Shown here one piece after another: positions 14,501-27,300 of a DNA stretch of 61,391 bases. The DNA comes from Catajapyx aquilonaris (Eukaryota), in contig KZ537963.1 of assembly GCA_000934665.2 (NCBI GenBank), positions 186,001 to 247,391 on the forward strand, read 5' to 3'. The translations under genes were made by a program, and so were the position numbers. The notes beneath the pieces are model-generated. The model was not told the origin of the DNA. It did no database searches and worked only from the letters and a program-made list of their open reading frames with translations. The first letter of the stretch is position 1. Each line of letters starts with the position of its first letter.

Positions 14501-17500
14501 AAAATTTCCCCCCACTTGTTATCCTTGTGCCCTTTCGACTCCTTTCAACTGCCGCCTGAGATATGGCTGCTATAAAACTTCGTTTATGCCACTTTCAAGT
14601 TAGGATGGCATGGTCTTTAAAGTCGCGCGCGCAAAAAAAGGCGCTTCAAGAATAATTACTAGGTGCATTTCACGGCTTGTAGTGTCTATCGCTCTATGTT
14701 TTAAAAAAATAATCGCATTTTCACAACTTGAGCAGTCAACAAGAAAGTTAATTATATGGTAATTAAGAACGCCTGTTGTGCACATAAATATCCCATAATT
14801 CCTTACTCCAGTTGTTACACTTTTGCAAGTGTCCAAGAATACGTAAGTCATCTGCGTAATCCTCACCTCCGCTGTAAATATATGGGGAGGAAACAACTTT
14901 TCCTCAGGAGTTGGTAACATGGCTTCATGAAAATGTAAACGGCGCTTATTACCATATAAATTAGGAAATTTGAGCATCTATTTTGAGGCCTTGGAAAGGC
15001 ATCCGTCTCGTCATATTCCCCCGCAGTAACGAGGCTAATATAGAACGGAGTGGGGAAGTGAGTACCTTAAGGCAGCTGACAACCCAACTTTCGCGATATA
15101 CAGCACCATTTGTGCACTGCAATTTCACCCATAGTTGGGAGCGTTTCCTATTTCAGGGCGCTTGCTGCGATTACGAGGTGGCCAATTCTTGCCTCTAACA
15201 CACAACATTTTGAAGAAAACAGGAGCTGAAGATGGGGGGGAAAGGAGAATGCAAGTTGTATATGAAAGGGGAGGGTTGTCTGGTAACACATGCATTTTAC
15301 AAGGAGGAATTTGGGTGAAAGGCATCCACCTAATGAGTCATCCTGCTTAATCGTTTCCCATTGCAAATTGCACGAGAGTCAAAAGCATAAGGTGTGTGTA
15401 GGAAAAATATGGGCAAGTTTACGTGTTGTTTAACTTGGTTAAAAGATGGTGCGTTAGAAACATTTTGTCTTACGAGTTCTTGACACGGTGTTTACTGGTA
15501 CCTCAACGTGGTTTTTAAAATATGCGTGGCGAAAAGATAAACTTGCACTATTTTATTCATACGCACGTAACAAATATGAAAATATTACCTATCAACCCGG
15601 CAGTTTTTTAAGGAAGGTAAGCCATACAGTATTGGCCCTAAGTTATAAGCTGGATGACTACCTGAGGCACTTACATTTCCCCAATTTTCAGAAGCCTAAT
15701 GTAATGCATAAAGCTTGGCTTAAAGCCTCCTCATCACGTACTGTATGCCTGCCTATTCATAGCTGAAAAATAAATTAACTGCCTATCATACAGGCACGTA
15801 AGTAGCTTTTAATTTCACGGACTTTGCCGAGTTTTATCCATACACTACTTATTTAATTTATTTGAGCCCGTTTGTTAGCGTACTTAGTAAAATTAATGTT
15901 TAATTAATATTAGCTATTAACTTTTCTGCCAGCTGTAGAAAGAGTTTGAATTTCAGAATATCATCCTGGCTTCCAGGCAACCCAACAGGCTGGCGTGTGA
16001 GGCAGTTTGCGTGTAATTCAGGGGTCACTGGAAGAGATCTACGTCATTCTAATCTAATCTTTGGGAGGGATTGCAGGGGCGACCCCCTGTACTTGCATGG
16101 TTCATGGTCTCTGCAGGCTGTTTGCCGTAACTTACCCCATCGCAGCAGTCAAGAGGAGAGAGGGGACCCTAGGGTACAGGGGTGGGTAGGGGGTCCGATA
16201 TGAGGATTCATGACATTCTCGCCAACACTTTTCTCTAACCCAACCCCCCTGCCTCAGAGACCTTCATTTAATTTTCGGGGCTTGATTAAACTGTTGCAAA
16301 AAGGGAGCCAGAAAAGATGAATGGAATTGCGGCAAAGGAAAGGGGTTGCCCGCACTTCATATTCGCCCGGTGCATTACGCCAGCGGATAACAAAAAGTTA
16401 CTGCAATGGGTGCAAGCCCCTTGCATAGTCTATACTGGTTAAAAGCAACTAGTGTTTATTATTCTTATTACCCCCCATTTTTAGTATCGCTGTTACCGTT
16501 GTTTTTATTATGTAATTCGCCAACTTCCGAGCGTAATAAAAATTCCGGGTGAATTCAAGCTGTACTGCACAGGAACATTAATGCATCTGTCGGAATGTAG
16601 CGAAAGGGTCATAATTCACATTTTTAATAGTTCCTCACTTTTTAACAATCAAATTATCACGCTTTAAATATTTTTAACTTTCATAAATAACGAACAAGTA
16701 TTGTTATTCGCTGCACACTTCTAACGCATGGCTCAGTTGTATTATATTAATGTTTCATTTTTTTCGCCTCGTTTGCACTGTCCTGGAGGCTCACTTGAAC
16801 CTAAATTATTTATCAGCTCCTACTACAATATGGGTTAAAACTAACAGGGCCGACATTTTCCTGTACAGTCTATAGATGCATTGTCTTAAAGGCTTAACAT
16901 CTGAACTCAAGCAATCGGCGTCAACAACATAAATCATACATTAATGGCCCTGCCAAAGTATAATCCCTTCCACAAGCGAAATTCCTCGCGACACTCCCCG
17001 CATTTTCGCCAAAATTATTTGCCATTCGCCTGAGAAATCCCCCTTAAAAGCAGGCTTAGAAAAAGTCTCGCGCAATAAACAACCGGATTATAATATAAGG
17101 GTGAAGCTCTAGACATATCAGGACGTAGGAGTGTCCGAAACGCCCCCCAAACATTCTGGGAGGGTTGGCTTTTTCGCGTGCGATTCCCTCATCATGAAAT
17201 GAACAGTCCCCACTAGTCAGGCCCATTAGGATCAGACCCGATAAAATATCCGGACTCCCCCTTAATAGTCTGTGGTCGAAAGGGAAATTATAGGAGAAGC
17301 CGCACATACGCCTATAAGGCAACACGCTGAGATTGTGCACATATGGTAGCCTCAAACTGACTTCTTTATAGGCGGACTCCGGAGTCTGCTGTGGTTTTTG
17401 TGGCATCGCCGCAGTGCAGATCCGGGCAATCCGGAAACAAATTGTCGTGAGGGGGCTTGTGAAACATGCTACTAAACAACTCAGTGGTCGTTCCACTATT

Positions 17501-19307
17501 ATTAAGAGTAACATTCGGAGCTCATAATCCCCACTAGAGAAAGTTGGCATGGGGCCCCCTACTCTTGCTTCTGTGTGGAAAACCCTGTTTTAAATAGGGC
17601 TATACACTCTTGTTACAAGCTAATTATATAACAGGACATCCCACGGCGGCGGAGGTGCGGCAGGCCATGACAAGATTTTGCCAGGATTTGCATGCTCTTG
17701 TTGTATCAGGATGAGAGGCTTACCTCAAATCTGGGCTGGGACACTACTGGGTTTGGAGGAAAATGTAGCTAGACACAACTGTTGTGTTAGCCACAGGTCC
17801 AGAGGAATTCTGTGGTACAACAGCACCTAGCAACAACATTGCTGAGATGTATCCATTAGTTAATGTGGAAGAATGTCATACTATGCCATAAAGTTGACAG
17901 TTATTGAGGGAAAGGTGCGCCACCTCAAGAAACACGCACACCTCACCCAGTTATGACTTCAGAATACGGTCATCCTCCCCCATGATAACCTGCTTCCAGA
18001 CCGGAAATGTAACCCGAAATGAGTACTAAAATTGTGAAATAAGCTGTTAAGACATATGGGATGTGTGTTAGAACGAACTCCCCATACGTCGTAAATAATA
18101 GGTTGGCACAAGTGCAAGTTTAGTGATAGATGAGAACGGAGTTAATGGATGGCTAAAGAGTGCGGGACAACCCAATATATCGTGCTTATAGATGCGAACA
18201 ACCATGGATGACAATACAAATTACAGCAATTTTAAAGGAAACAGTGATGAAGAACCCTACACCTTAAAACCCAAAAGAAAGTAATCGACCGATCATTCTG
18301 TAAACTGTTACCATTTACACAGTAATTATTATGTGACATGAGTGCCAGATTTTGTCGATTTATTACACATTATTATTATTTTGCTGCAAAAATATAGAGT
18401 GTCAGATTTGGCTGAGTTAACAATATTGTTTCGGCGTCTCATTGCACTGTCAACGATTTGAAAATGTGTCGAATAAATTTCAAAAGTGATAGACCTATTA
18501 TTCAAATCAGCAGTACAGTAGTGTGTGATTACCAATAACTACTTCATACACCAGTCACAAACAACAAACAGTACATCCCCCCAACAGCATTCGAACTATT
18601 TGCAGTTAAGCTTTAATTCACCCTAATTATACACGCCCGAAATGGCCGGCCACGCACATGTACCACAGCCCCAGCTTTCATATGCACACAGCAGACAAAA
18701 CAGGCATATACAATACTCTAATTATAATTAAAACGATGCCCCCGAAATACCAGCGCATTGGGGGCATACATGCCGATAAATTCGATTGTCACATTGCAAC
18801 CGCCACTCATCATGTCAGTCTGCACGTTGCAGTTGTCATCCAATTTTGGGTACAACTATAGTCAAGGTGCACGCGATATTGCAGATACAGTTTTGCTCTA
18901 AAATTCTGAAACACACGGTGGAGCCATGTGCATTGGCCCACGATTTATGAGATGTGCGTGGGCGCGTCCGACCCCCCCAAAACCCTCGCCATTTATCACT
19001 TTCCAAGGGGGGGGCCACCCTTCCCTCCTCCAAATTATAAAAGAGAGAGGGTTTGGGTTGCTTCTTTTCCTAACCCCTTGGACCGGGCGTCTGTTGCTGA
19101 CGGGATGCCAAGGAGTTGCCCTCCCTGCCTATGATTTATGGGCGGATATAATTTGTCGCCACGACCCCCCCAACAATACACGCTGCTTTATTGCGTGTAC
19201 TGCTCTCTCTCTTTTTCGAATATCTGTACAGTGCACAGCAAGAGGTATTGCGTGTGTTAATTAGTGACCAGAATGTAGTCAAGTACTATTTCTAATATTA
19301 GGCCGTA

Positions 19308-19607
19308 CACTGTAAATCATGTACCGATTTCGGAGGTGGCATTTTGTGATATAAAAATACCGCGTCTATAGTACTGACTTGTAGACAGCCCATCAATAAG
19401 ATGTACTGACTTGAAATGGTACATCACGGTGTACCGATTCATGTACCGACTTGTAGATGGTATTTGACGTCCAAATTGGTACATGTATCGTGATGTACCG
19501 TTTTCAAGTAAGTACATCTGAACGATGAGCTGTCTACAAGTCAGTACTGTAAACGGTATTTGTAGATCACAAAATGCCACCTCCAAGTCGGTACATGAAT
19601 TACAGTG
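19308..19607. mobile_element. 300-bp foldback MITE with CACTGTAA termini (CACTA/EnSpm-like, non-autonomous)
   Basis: Arms of ~120 bp are near-perfect inverted repeats (CACTGTAAATCATGTACCGATTTCGGAGGTGGCATTTTGTGAT... / ...ATCACAAAATGCCACCTCCAAGTCGGTACATGAATTACAGTG), flanked by TA on both sides. An internal motif GTAC(C/T)GACTT is repeated. The superfamily assignment is inferred from the termini. Confidence 0.85.
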
Positions 19608-22600
19608 TACATGCATTGTATTTATAAAATTAAACTTAATTGCATTTCTCATATATACGACAAAAATACAACAAAAATTAGCATAAATGGTAATGAGTGG
19701 GTGGAACGATATTTCTGTACAACTCTTTGGAGATTTGCACGGATGACGGGGACATTAATTAAGGAGTGCTTTTACTGTCATAAATAACGTTTCGCTCGAG
19801 TTGGAGCCTATCTGCTAAAAATATCGTTACAAGTTACAAGAAAATTTTGGGGAGCGACATAAATTAACTATTTCATGCCTGGAAGCAACGGTGAAGGGGG
19901 GCGCCCTCATGCTCAAAAGAGCAGGCAAAGTATGGCATTCGTATATATAAAGCGGGAAAAAACTTTTTGCTTGTAAGGAAAATCGGGCCTCGTTTTTCAG
20001 ACTCGCAATTTCAGATTCTGTTTATCTGAAAGCTCAGATTACAAAGAAAATATAAGAGAAAAAAAACTTTTTATTTTCCATTACGAAAAGTATCCTCAAA
20101 GAACTTTGCTGTAACGATTGCTTTTTCAAGAGAAAAAAAAACTCTAGTGAGAAGAAAAGAACACAAGAAACCATTCCGAGCCAATCGACCCGTACAAAAA
20201 GCCCGTCACTCTTGGACACCTGCACAAAATATATCCTACAATATAGCTTACATTGAGCAGTTTTATTCAGTCAACAATATAAAAGCTATTCTGTTGAGTT
20301 AAAAAATTATTTCAAATTCTGATCCATTTTGTATGTAATATTTCACTATTTCTTGCCTAGACTTTAAGCTGAATAATTTTTTTGGAGCAATGTCCGCTGA
20401 TTATTTTGGCAAAATCCCATAGCCAGCTGTTGATTAAACCCTGTTGCCGAAATCAGCAGGAGATTGACTTGCTCTGGCAGAGATCAAAGTGTTGGCGGAG
20501 ACGCCAGCATATAGTAATCGTCGAAGAGCGCCGCTGTTAGCCGGCTGGAACTAACGGATTTAAAGCTCAAATTCACTTATATACCTAGGGTTCGTCGATG
20601 ATACGACACGTTTCGGGCCCCCACAGGTTTGTGTGTGCATTTTTCACGGTATGTCTCTCCCATTTCCAGCCAGTATATATAGGCAGCACGGGAGTAAACA
20701 AACAGAGTTTGGAGGGGGTGACACGCGAACCGTTTTATGCCGACACTATGGTCGGTTTTTAGATCCGTAACCTACATTTTCGGGAATGGGCTTTATGCAG
20801 CGAGGGATTATGAATCTTCCTCCAAACGATTTGCGTGCTCAAGTGGTGTGCATGCGAGCCACATTCCGGCACATGGGACACCACATTTTTATAGCAGAGG
20901 GTGATGACACTGCTGGACACTGTCGACCATGTCGGGTCAAAACACCGGTAAAATATCTACACATCAAAATTTAATGTTGAAATTTGGATGAGGCGATTCC
21001 AGATATTTCTATAGCAATGACAAAAAAATGCTCTTACCAAGTCATTGACCACAAGTGTCCTTTCTCTTCCAGCCCTCCAGCACCACAAAAATTTCACTGC
21101 GGTCGCCAGAATCGATATTCATCCCCACAGAACCGGTGGGATTTGAGTCCTAACTTTAAATAAAAACCATTTTCCAGAGGCACAGTGTCTCTCAAAAATA
21201 ATTATATGAAAAATGAAAAAAAAGTGGCGCTGGACTTGGATGGTGTTGTCCGAAGCTTGTAGGCTGCCAACCTTCTCCGAACCACGTGGACGTACTGGCG
21301 GGACAGCCCAAAAGCTTCCAGGCTCAAATGTTGGTATATCGATCCTCCAGCAGCTCCAGCCTACAACACCAGGCCCAGCACCAGCAGTGTTCCTTCTGTG
21401 CTGTGCCAGCCAACCAAAGCTTCCATGTAGAAGGCGCAGGCATCGACTCGCGCCTTTCCCATCGAATTGGCCGCCTGCCACCCCCACCATGTTTTTTTGG
21501 AGAGCTTTAACCCCCCCACCCCTCCCACAACCCGTTTTTTTTTGGGGGGGGGGGGGGCACAACTTTTTTGAAGGGGACAATAGAAGCGACAGAACCAAGA
21601 GACATTCCATGCGCATCTCACTGTACGAGTATTACAAGCTGGAAGGCATGTAGAGCAAAATGGCAGTTTTTAAATAAAAAAGTGTGTATCGATGTATAAA
21701 CTCAGTTAAATTATTTTTCTAGAACAGTATAAGTACAGTACTAATTATTTTTGGAAAAGTTCTGTTTAACGGTCAGTTCGGAAAAGTGTGACTGGTGCAA
21801 CCTCCATGGGTTGTCGTAATTTCAATAAGATATTCATATAATATGTTTAATTTTTATTTACATAATTTAATAATTGTTTCATAATTTTAGGTTCAAAATC
21901 CTCATTACTATTTTAATACGATGCTATGAATTCCCACTATTGCCGATTTAAATTGTTTTCAGTAATATTTGCATGCAATAAATTATATTAAATTCGCAAC
22001 CTTTTTATGCATTTATCTGCCTGTCCTTTGCATTTGTATTCACACTGATATACGCACCAAATTGATTAATTTTTATACACACGTCTTTAATTTTGTTTGG
22101 TTATTATTTCCCCCAGCACTATGCAGCCTCTAAGTAATTCCATTTTCATGACGATAACACAGGTGTATAAAATAGTTCAAACAAAATAGATCTGATCTAT
22201 ATTCATACGGTGTAACCCAAGCTGGCTGAAAATTTAGTTACAGCTTGGCAGTGTCTTTCTGCTCGTGGATGACTCAATCAATAGCAAGTTCTCCATCATC
22301 TATTCGGGGCCCGCCACCTCATCATCAGGAAAATCAAACCTCCTTTTGCGGAAACCACATCTCTGGAGCTGAGGCAAAGTTTTCCCCCCACCAAACTGCT
22401 GCATGGAATTTTTGGGAAAAACTGAGAGAAGCAGAGTGGGAAGTTGGCACGTGTCTTTTATAACCGAGCAGCAGGGTTGCTCGTGATTTCCTATAGGGAC
22501 GCAATGTTATTTTTGTATTACAAATTTTGAGCCATGAATACAGTGCTGTGCCTGTTTTGAATCAAAAACGAGAGAAGGCAAACTAGATGATTGTATCAGA

Positions 22601-23612
22601 CAAATCCCGGGCAAACTTGCAAATATTTCTAGAAAATCTTCAGATGTTTTATACTGATAGCCTATTTCTATTTTAAAAACTTTTCTCACACTTGCACCCT
22701 GTATCATGTGAGAGAGCATAATCTCGCATTTCGATCATAATCTCACCCACTTCCTCACCTGCACACACGTTTTTTGGCCATCATAAATCTTCGCAATTAA
22801 TTTTATATTAAACTCTCATGAATCTGACTTATCAACGACCCTGCCTACGACCTCGTCAGGAATTTTGTCGTGCCACCTGCTTAAATCCGATAGCCCTCAC
22901 GCATATTTTTGTAACTTTTTTTTCCCCCCAGAAAAAAGACCATGTTTGGCTCATATCACATGCCAGTTCATGACCTCTCTAACGTGTACGAGATATCAAT
23001 CACTCGAAATCCTGCGCAGCACCGGATAAATTTCTGACTGAACCCGGACAAAGCCCTTCTAGTCCTTCCCCTTTTGCAAGGGACCCAAGGAAGACCCTTG
23101 GCCACAGTCTGATGTAAAGTATAAAGGACTGGCGTGAGTGATCCCAGCCGAGCAATCTCGTTTCCAAGAAGCTTAAGGGGAAGGTTCTCTCCCTTGAAGA
23201 GGATATGCAGAAAGAGAGAGGAAGGGGGGGGGGAGGGTTAGAATAAGAAAAAAAAGAGAGGAGGAAGATACGCTTTTTCTTTTTCGGAGTTATGTATGGC
23301 ATGCAGGATTCAGAAGAAGCCGCTCCGGGCCTATTAAAGTCGGAGGAAAAACCCTGTGAAAAGTGCATTAGAGCCAGAAGCGATTCGCGGGGAGAATCGA
23401 GAAAGCACCGATTACTTGTGAGGAGGGGCATTAAGGATGAGGTGAAAATCCGGAAAATATTGGGAGGATAAGATGAGCATTAGCACCAAGATTGATTTTG
23501 CATTACTGATGCGTTTGAAGCCTCTATACTCAGCTTAAGAATTTTTCAAGGAAATGTTTCATACTATGAAATATTGCAGTTTTGGTCTAGAAAGATTTTC
23601 AGTATGCTATGT

Positions 23613-23817
23613 ACTCGATATATCGGACATACTCGATATATCGAACGTACTCGATATATCGGACATACTCGATATATCGAACGTACTCGATATATCGAGC
23701 GTACTCGATATATCGGACATACTCGATATATCGAACGTACTCGCGGATTCGATGTATCGAACGTACTCGATTTATCGAAAGTACTCGATGTATCGAACGT
23801 ATTCGTTGTATCGGCGT
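23613..23817. repeat. 18-bp minisatellite (~11 units), consensus ACTCGATATATCG(GACAT/AACGT)
   Basis: Seven near-perfect contiguous units 23613-23738, an 8-bp interruption, then four degenerate units. Each unit has the palindromic core CGATATATCG. Confidence 0.95.
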
Positions 23818-24208
23818 ATTTCGTCAAATCAACACACAATTTCATGCCTATGTTGTTGGCTATGTACTTTCATGACAAAATGTGTTTAGAAACATGCCCG
23901 TGCTACCTGCTGAAGTAATTCAGACACGGGGGGCGACACGTCCGTTGCAGGTAATTGGCCTCGGAATAGTAAAGAGCTCGGAGTCAGATGCGGGACCATC
24001 TGAAGGCGCAAGCCAAGATGAAAGTGTTGCTAAGTCTGCGCAAGTTGGACAATGAAGGCTGTTCTTTGAAGCAGGAAACGCTTCCCTGGCGATGAACACG
24101 CTTCTCCCTCCCCCCCTCCCTTTCCATACCCCCTCCCTCGCCCCCCCTCCGAAAACCCAGATTACCTCCCATCCACGCCTCTATTTCCATGGAAATAGAG
24201 GACGCTAA

Positions 24209-24331
24209 NNNNNNNNNNNNNNNNNNNNNNNNNNNNNNNNNNNNNNNNNNNNNNNNNNNNNNNNNNNNNNNNNNNNNNNNNNNNNNNNNNNNNNNNNNNN
24301 NNNNNNNNNNNNNNNNNNNNNNNNNNNNNNN
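24209..24331. other. Assembly gap (123 N)
   Basis: Run of N, followed by a poly-G tract; a single N also occurs at 30356. Confidence 1.
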
Positions 24332-27300
24332 NGGGGGGGGGGGCGGACTCTTAATTAACGACCGATGCAATTTTCATCTGCGCTTACACCGTTTGCAGTG
24401 TTAGCTCCTGGTATTGTAGATAATGGTCTGATCCGTTTAACGGTCCGGGGGAATGCAGATAACTTAGTTTGATAAATTGTGACAGGTCAAGATGAACTCA
24501 TGGGTTGTAGATTTTTGACACATCCTAACAGGACACAGAGCACGTGCAAAACTGCATTTATTGCACCATTCTTCCCCAAAATATATACCGCCCACCTCCA
24601 TTTCTCTGTCCGAGTTGGAAAACTGTCCACGGCAGGTATTTCTGGAGCAGTTTCGTGACTTGTGGCGCAAATGAAAGGCCTCAAGGGACGCGATCTTGGC
24701 TGGCAGCCCGAGAGATAAATGATCCCCCTCCTAGTCACAATGGTCTTCCGCGTTGCTACATCCGAGCCCATTCCGTGAGCCGACTACCCAAAAACATCCA
24801 AACGTTATTTTGTTCCACTGCATGTCTTCGACTTCCGCCTCTCTGTACGACAATGTTTAAAAAAAAATCATGGAAATTGTTTGTATAATTGGACGTAACT
24901 CACCAACTGTTGGGAGCTCACCTGTATCCTGCAGGTACTGCACAGGAAGTGCTTATCGGTCAGGTGGTCATCATAGGGGTACCGATTCCGCACATTTTTC
25001 AGCAGGTGGTGATAATGTGGGAACCTTGTAAATTCCCACCAACGTGAGAAACCGACACACTTCACTTCCTTCCTCTTTTCCGCACGTGTAAAACGCGTTT
25101 GCAGTTCTCCCCCCAAAAAATAAGAGGACGGAAAAAATTTTTACTATGAGGAGGGTATACAAAAAAAAGCCTACTAATTCAGATGAAAAGTGCCTTCCAG
25201 CATGAAACTCTGGACAGCTAGGTTTTTGTGGGGGTTTGCTGGAGATATACCCAGTAGTTTTCCTACTGCTGGGGACGGTTTCATTAACGCGGTCGACCAT
25301 TACAGCAACGCTGCTGGGATGTAATCGTCATTTCTATTCGGGAGTAACGATCCAGATATGGATTCAAGCTCCAATTACCTTGTCGCTTCAAATTAGGGGC
25401 CGGGCTGTACGTCAGTCCGACGGTTCAGAACCTTTGAAAACGCGCCGATGGGAGAGAGGTCCCTGTGTGTGCAAAATTTAATCCGGGCAAAAATCACCAG
25501 ATAACTGAATAGCGTGCGAGTCGAGTAACTGATCCAATTTGGGAGGCTTTTTGCGGGATAAATCAACCAGAAAGGCTTGTCACTGTTTCGGTATTTCCGC
25601 CATGCAAAATTGGGAACGGTGCGCCTTATTTTAAACCCCAATTTTTTTCTTCAAAAGAGTGGTGATTAATATTCCAGGATTATCCGGATCAAATCTCAAG
25701 TTGCAGAAAATCCGGTACATTTTTTTTCTGAAGCTAAACTGACATTGCCTCCATTTTCTAAGCGAGTTTTCCAGGCTTCAAAGACGCCCCTTTTCCGGAA
25801 GCGGATGCAGGGTGAAGTTGCCATAAAGGAATGTCATGATTTTCTTCATGCTGTCTGCCTTTTGTCTCGACTTCAGGAAATCGCAGCATTCCGGGCTTCC
25901 ATCCGGATCTCAGTGAGTCGCAGTGTCAGCTCGAAACTTGACTTGAAGTGCGGAAGAACCATTTTGATAGCATTGCAGGCTAGGATTCCTCCGGCTAATA
26001 TTTTGGTTAACACGCCACATCGTCTGAGGAATCTGGCTTATATCAAACTCATAAGGAATCTGTCAGGCCGTTAATGCGTCGTAATCGGAGAAAACTGGCA
26101 AGAAAAGTCTGCAGTCTTCGAGCTTAGAAGACATGGATTACTCCCTGAGCCGCAGCGGAATTGCCAGAATTACCTCCCCCAAAACTTCCCAGATCTTTAA
26201 GAGAAGGAGACGGATTCAATCTCATCAAGCGCACGTGTGATGCGGATAATAGCAAGATACGCCTGCAGGGTGCGGGGAAGGATAGAAGATTATAAAAGTT
26301 GAGAAACCGATAAGGATACTGTGGGATAGAAGCCCTCCCCCTTTTCTGCTGGGGAAATGGCGACAGGCGAATCCCTCAGACCCATTTGCACCCATGATAT
26401 GGAGCGACAAAAGTAGGCCCCCGGATTATGCCTCGACGTCTTTCATTTTCCACAAGGGCAAGTCTCAGTCCCAATCGACGATTTGCAGCAAGGTATACTA
26501 CCCCCGGATTCTTTTTTTTCTTTCTTTCCGGGTTACCCCTGCCGGTTCTTGGCACGTGACAAATGGGAACGTCGGGTTCGATTCGGCTCAAGCTGTTCAC
26601 ACGGCGTCAGTTCGCTTTTATACCTAATCTTCCACACCTGAGCCTGATCCGGAAGAAGGGGACCCGTCATGAACCCACTTTATGCCCTTCCAGCTTCCAT
26701 CTTTGTTCATAATTGCACCACTCACCCTCTACTCTGATTTATTATTGCTACCTTCCCCCAGCAGCACCCTATGTGATATCCGGAGTAGCGTCATGGAAAT
26801 TCCTCCGCGTCTGATGGCAGAAGGGGGGGACATCAATTCCAGATATGTGGTCCTTGGTCATCCATCATATCCCCTCGAGAAGACAGGAAGCCAAGGGAAG
26901 GAAAGTTTGAATCAATTTCCCCTCATCATTCCCGGACAAAGTGTTTCGATCTATCAGGACAAAACCCTCGCCTGAGTTTGACCGCGTCGTAAAGCCCCGA
27001 CGGGGAAAAGACAAAAAGTGCTGAAACCCCAATGGTACTGTTCGGGAAGGGATCCGCATAGGGTGTGTCAAAAAGGCCGCCTGAAATTTCTTTAAAACTC
27101 CTAGCAATTTTTCAAAAAAAAATATTTGACCGGCTGTGTCCATCCGTCTGGACAGTGGACAGTTATCAGGGCACAAACGGTATTCGGAGTCAGCTGACCC
27201 TAAATATAGGTTTCGTGGTCAACTTCCGGTTCCAGGATCACTATCTGCCAAGGTCAAGTCTACAGGCTGGTGATCTTGGACTCCTTGGGAACAAGAAATG

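Noticed and set aside
22741..22775. Additional minus-strand CAG|GTGAGG fused site
   Set aside because: No polypyrimidine tract upstream. A site near 38450 (CTCCCAG|GTGACT) has a good tract but a weak donor and was also not called.
23554..23918. CRISPR-like array or repetitive ORFs (YSIYRT, LDISDI repeats)
   Set aside because: Contiguous 18-bp units without unique spacers, no cas genes, eukaryotic context; the ORFs are by-products of a stop-free repeat.
26550..26595. B-box-like GGTTCGATTC
   Set aside because: No matching A-box, cloverleaf, tail or TSD.
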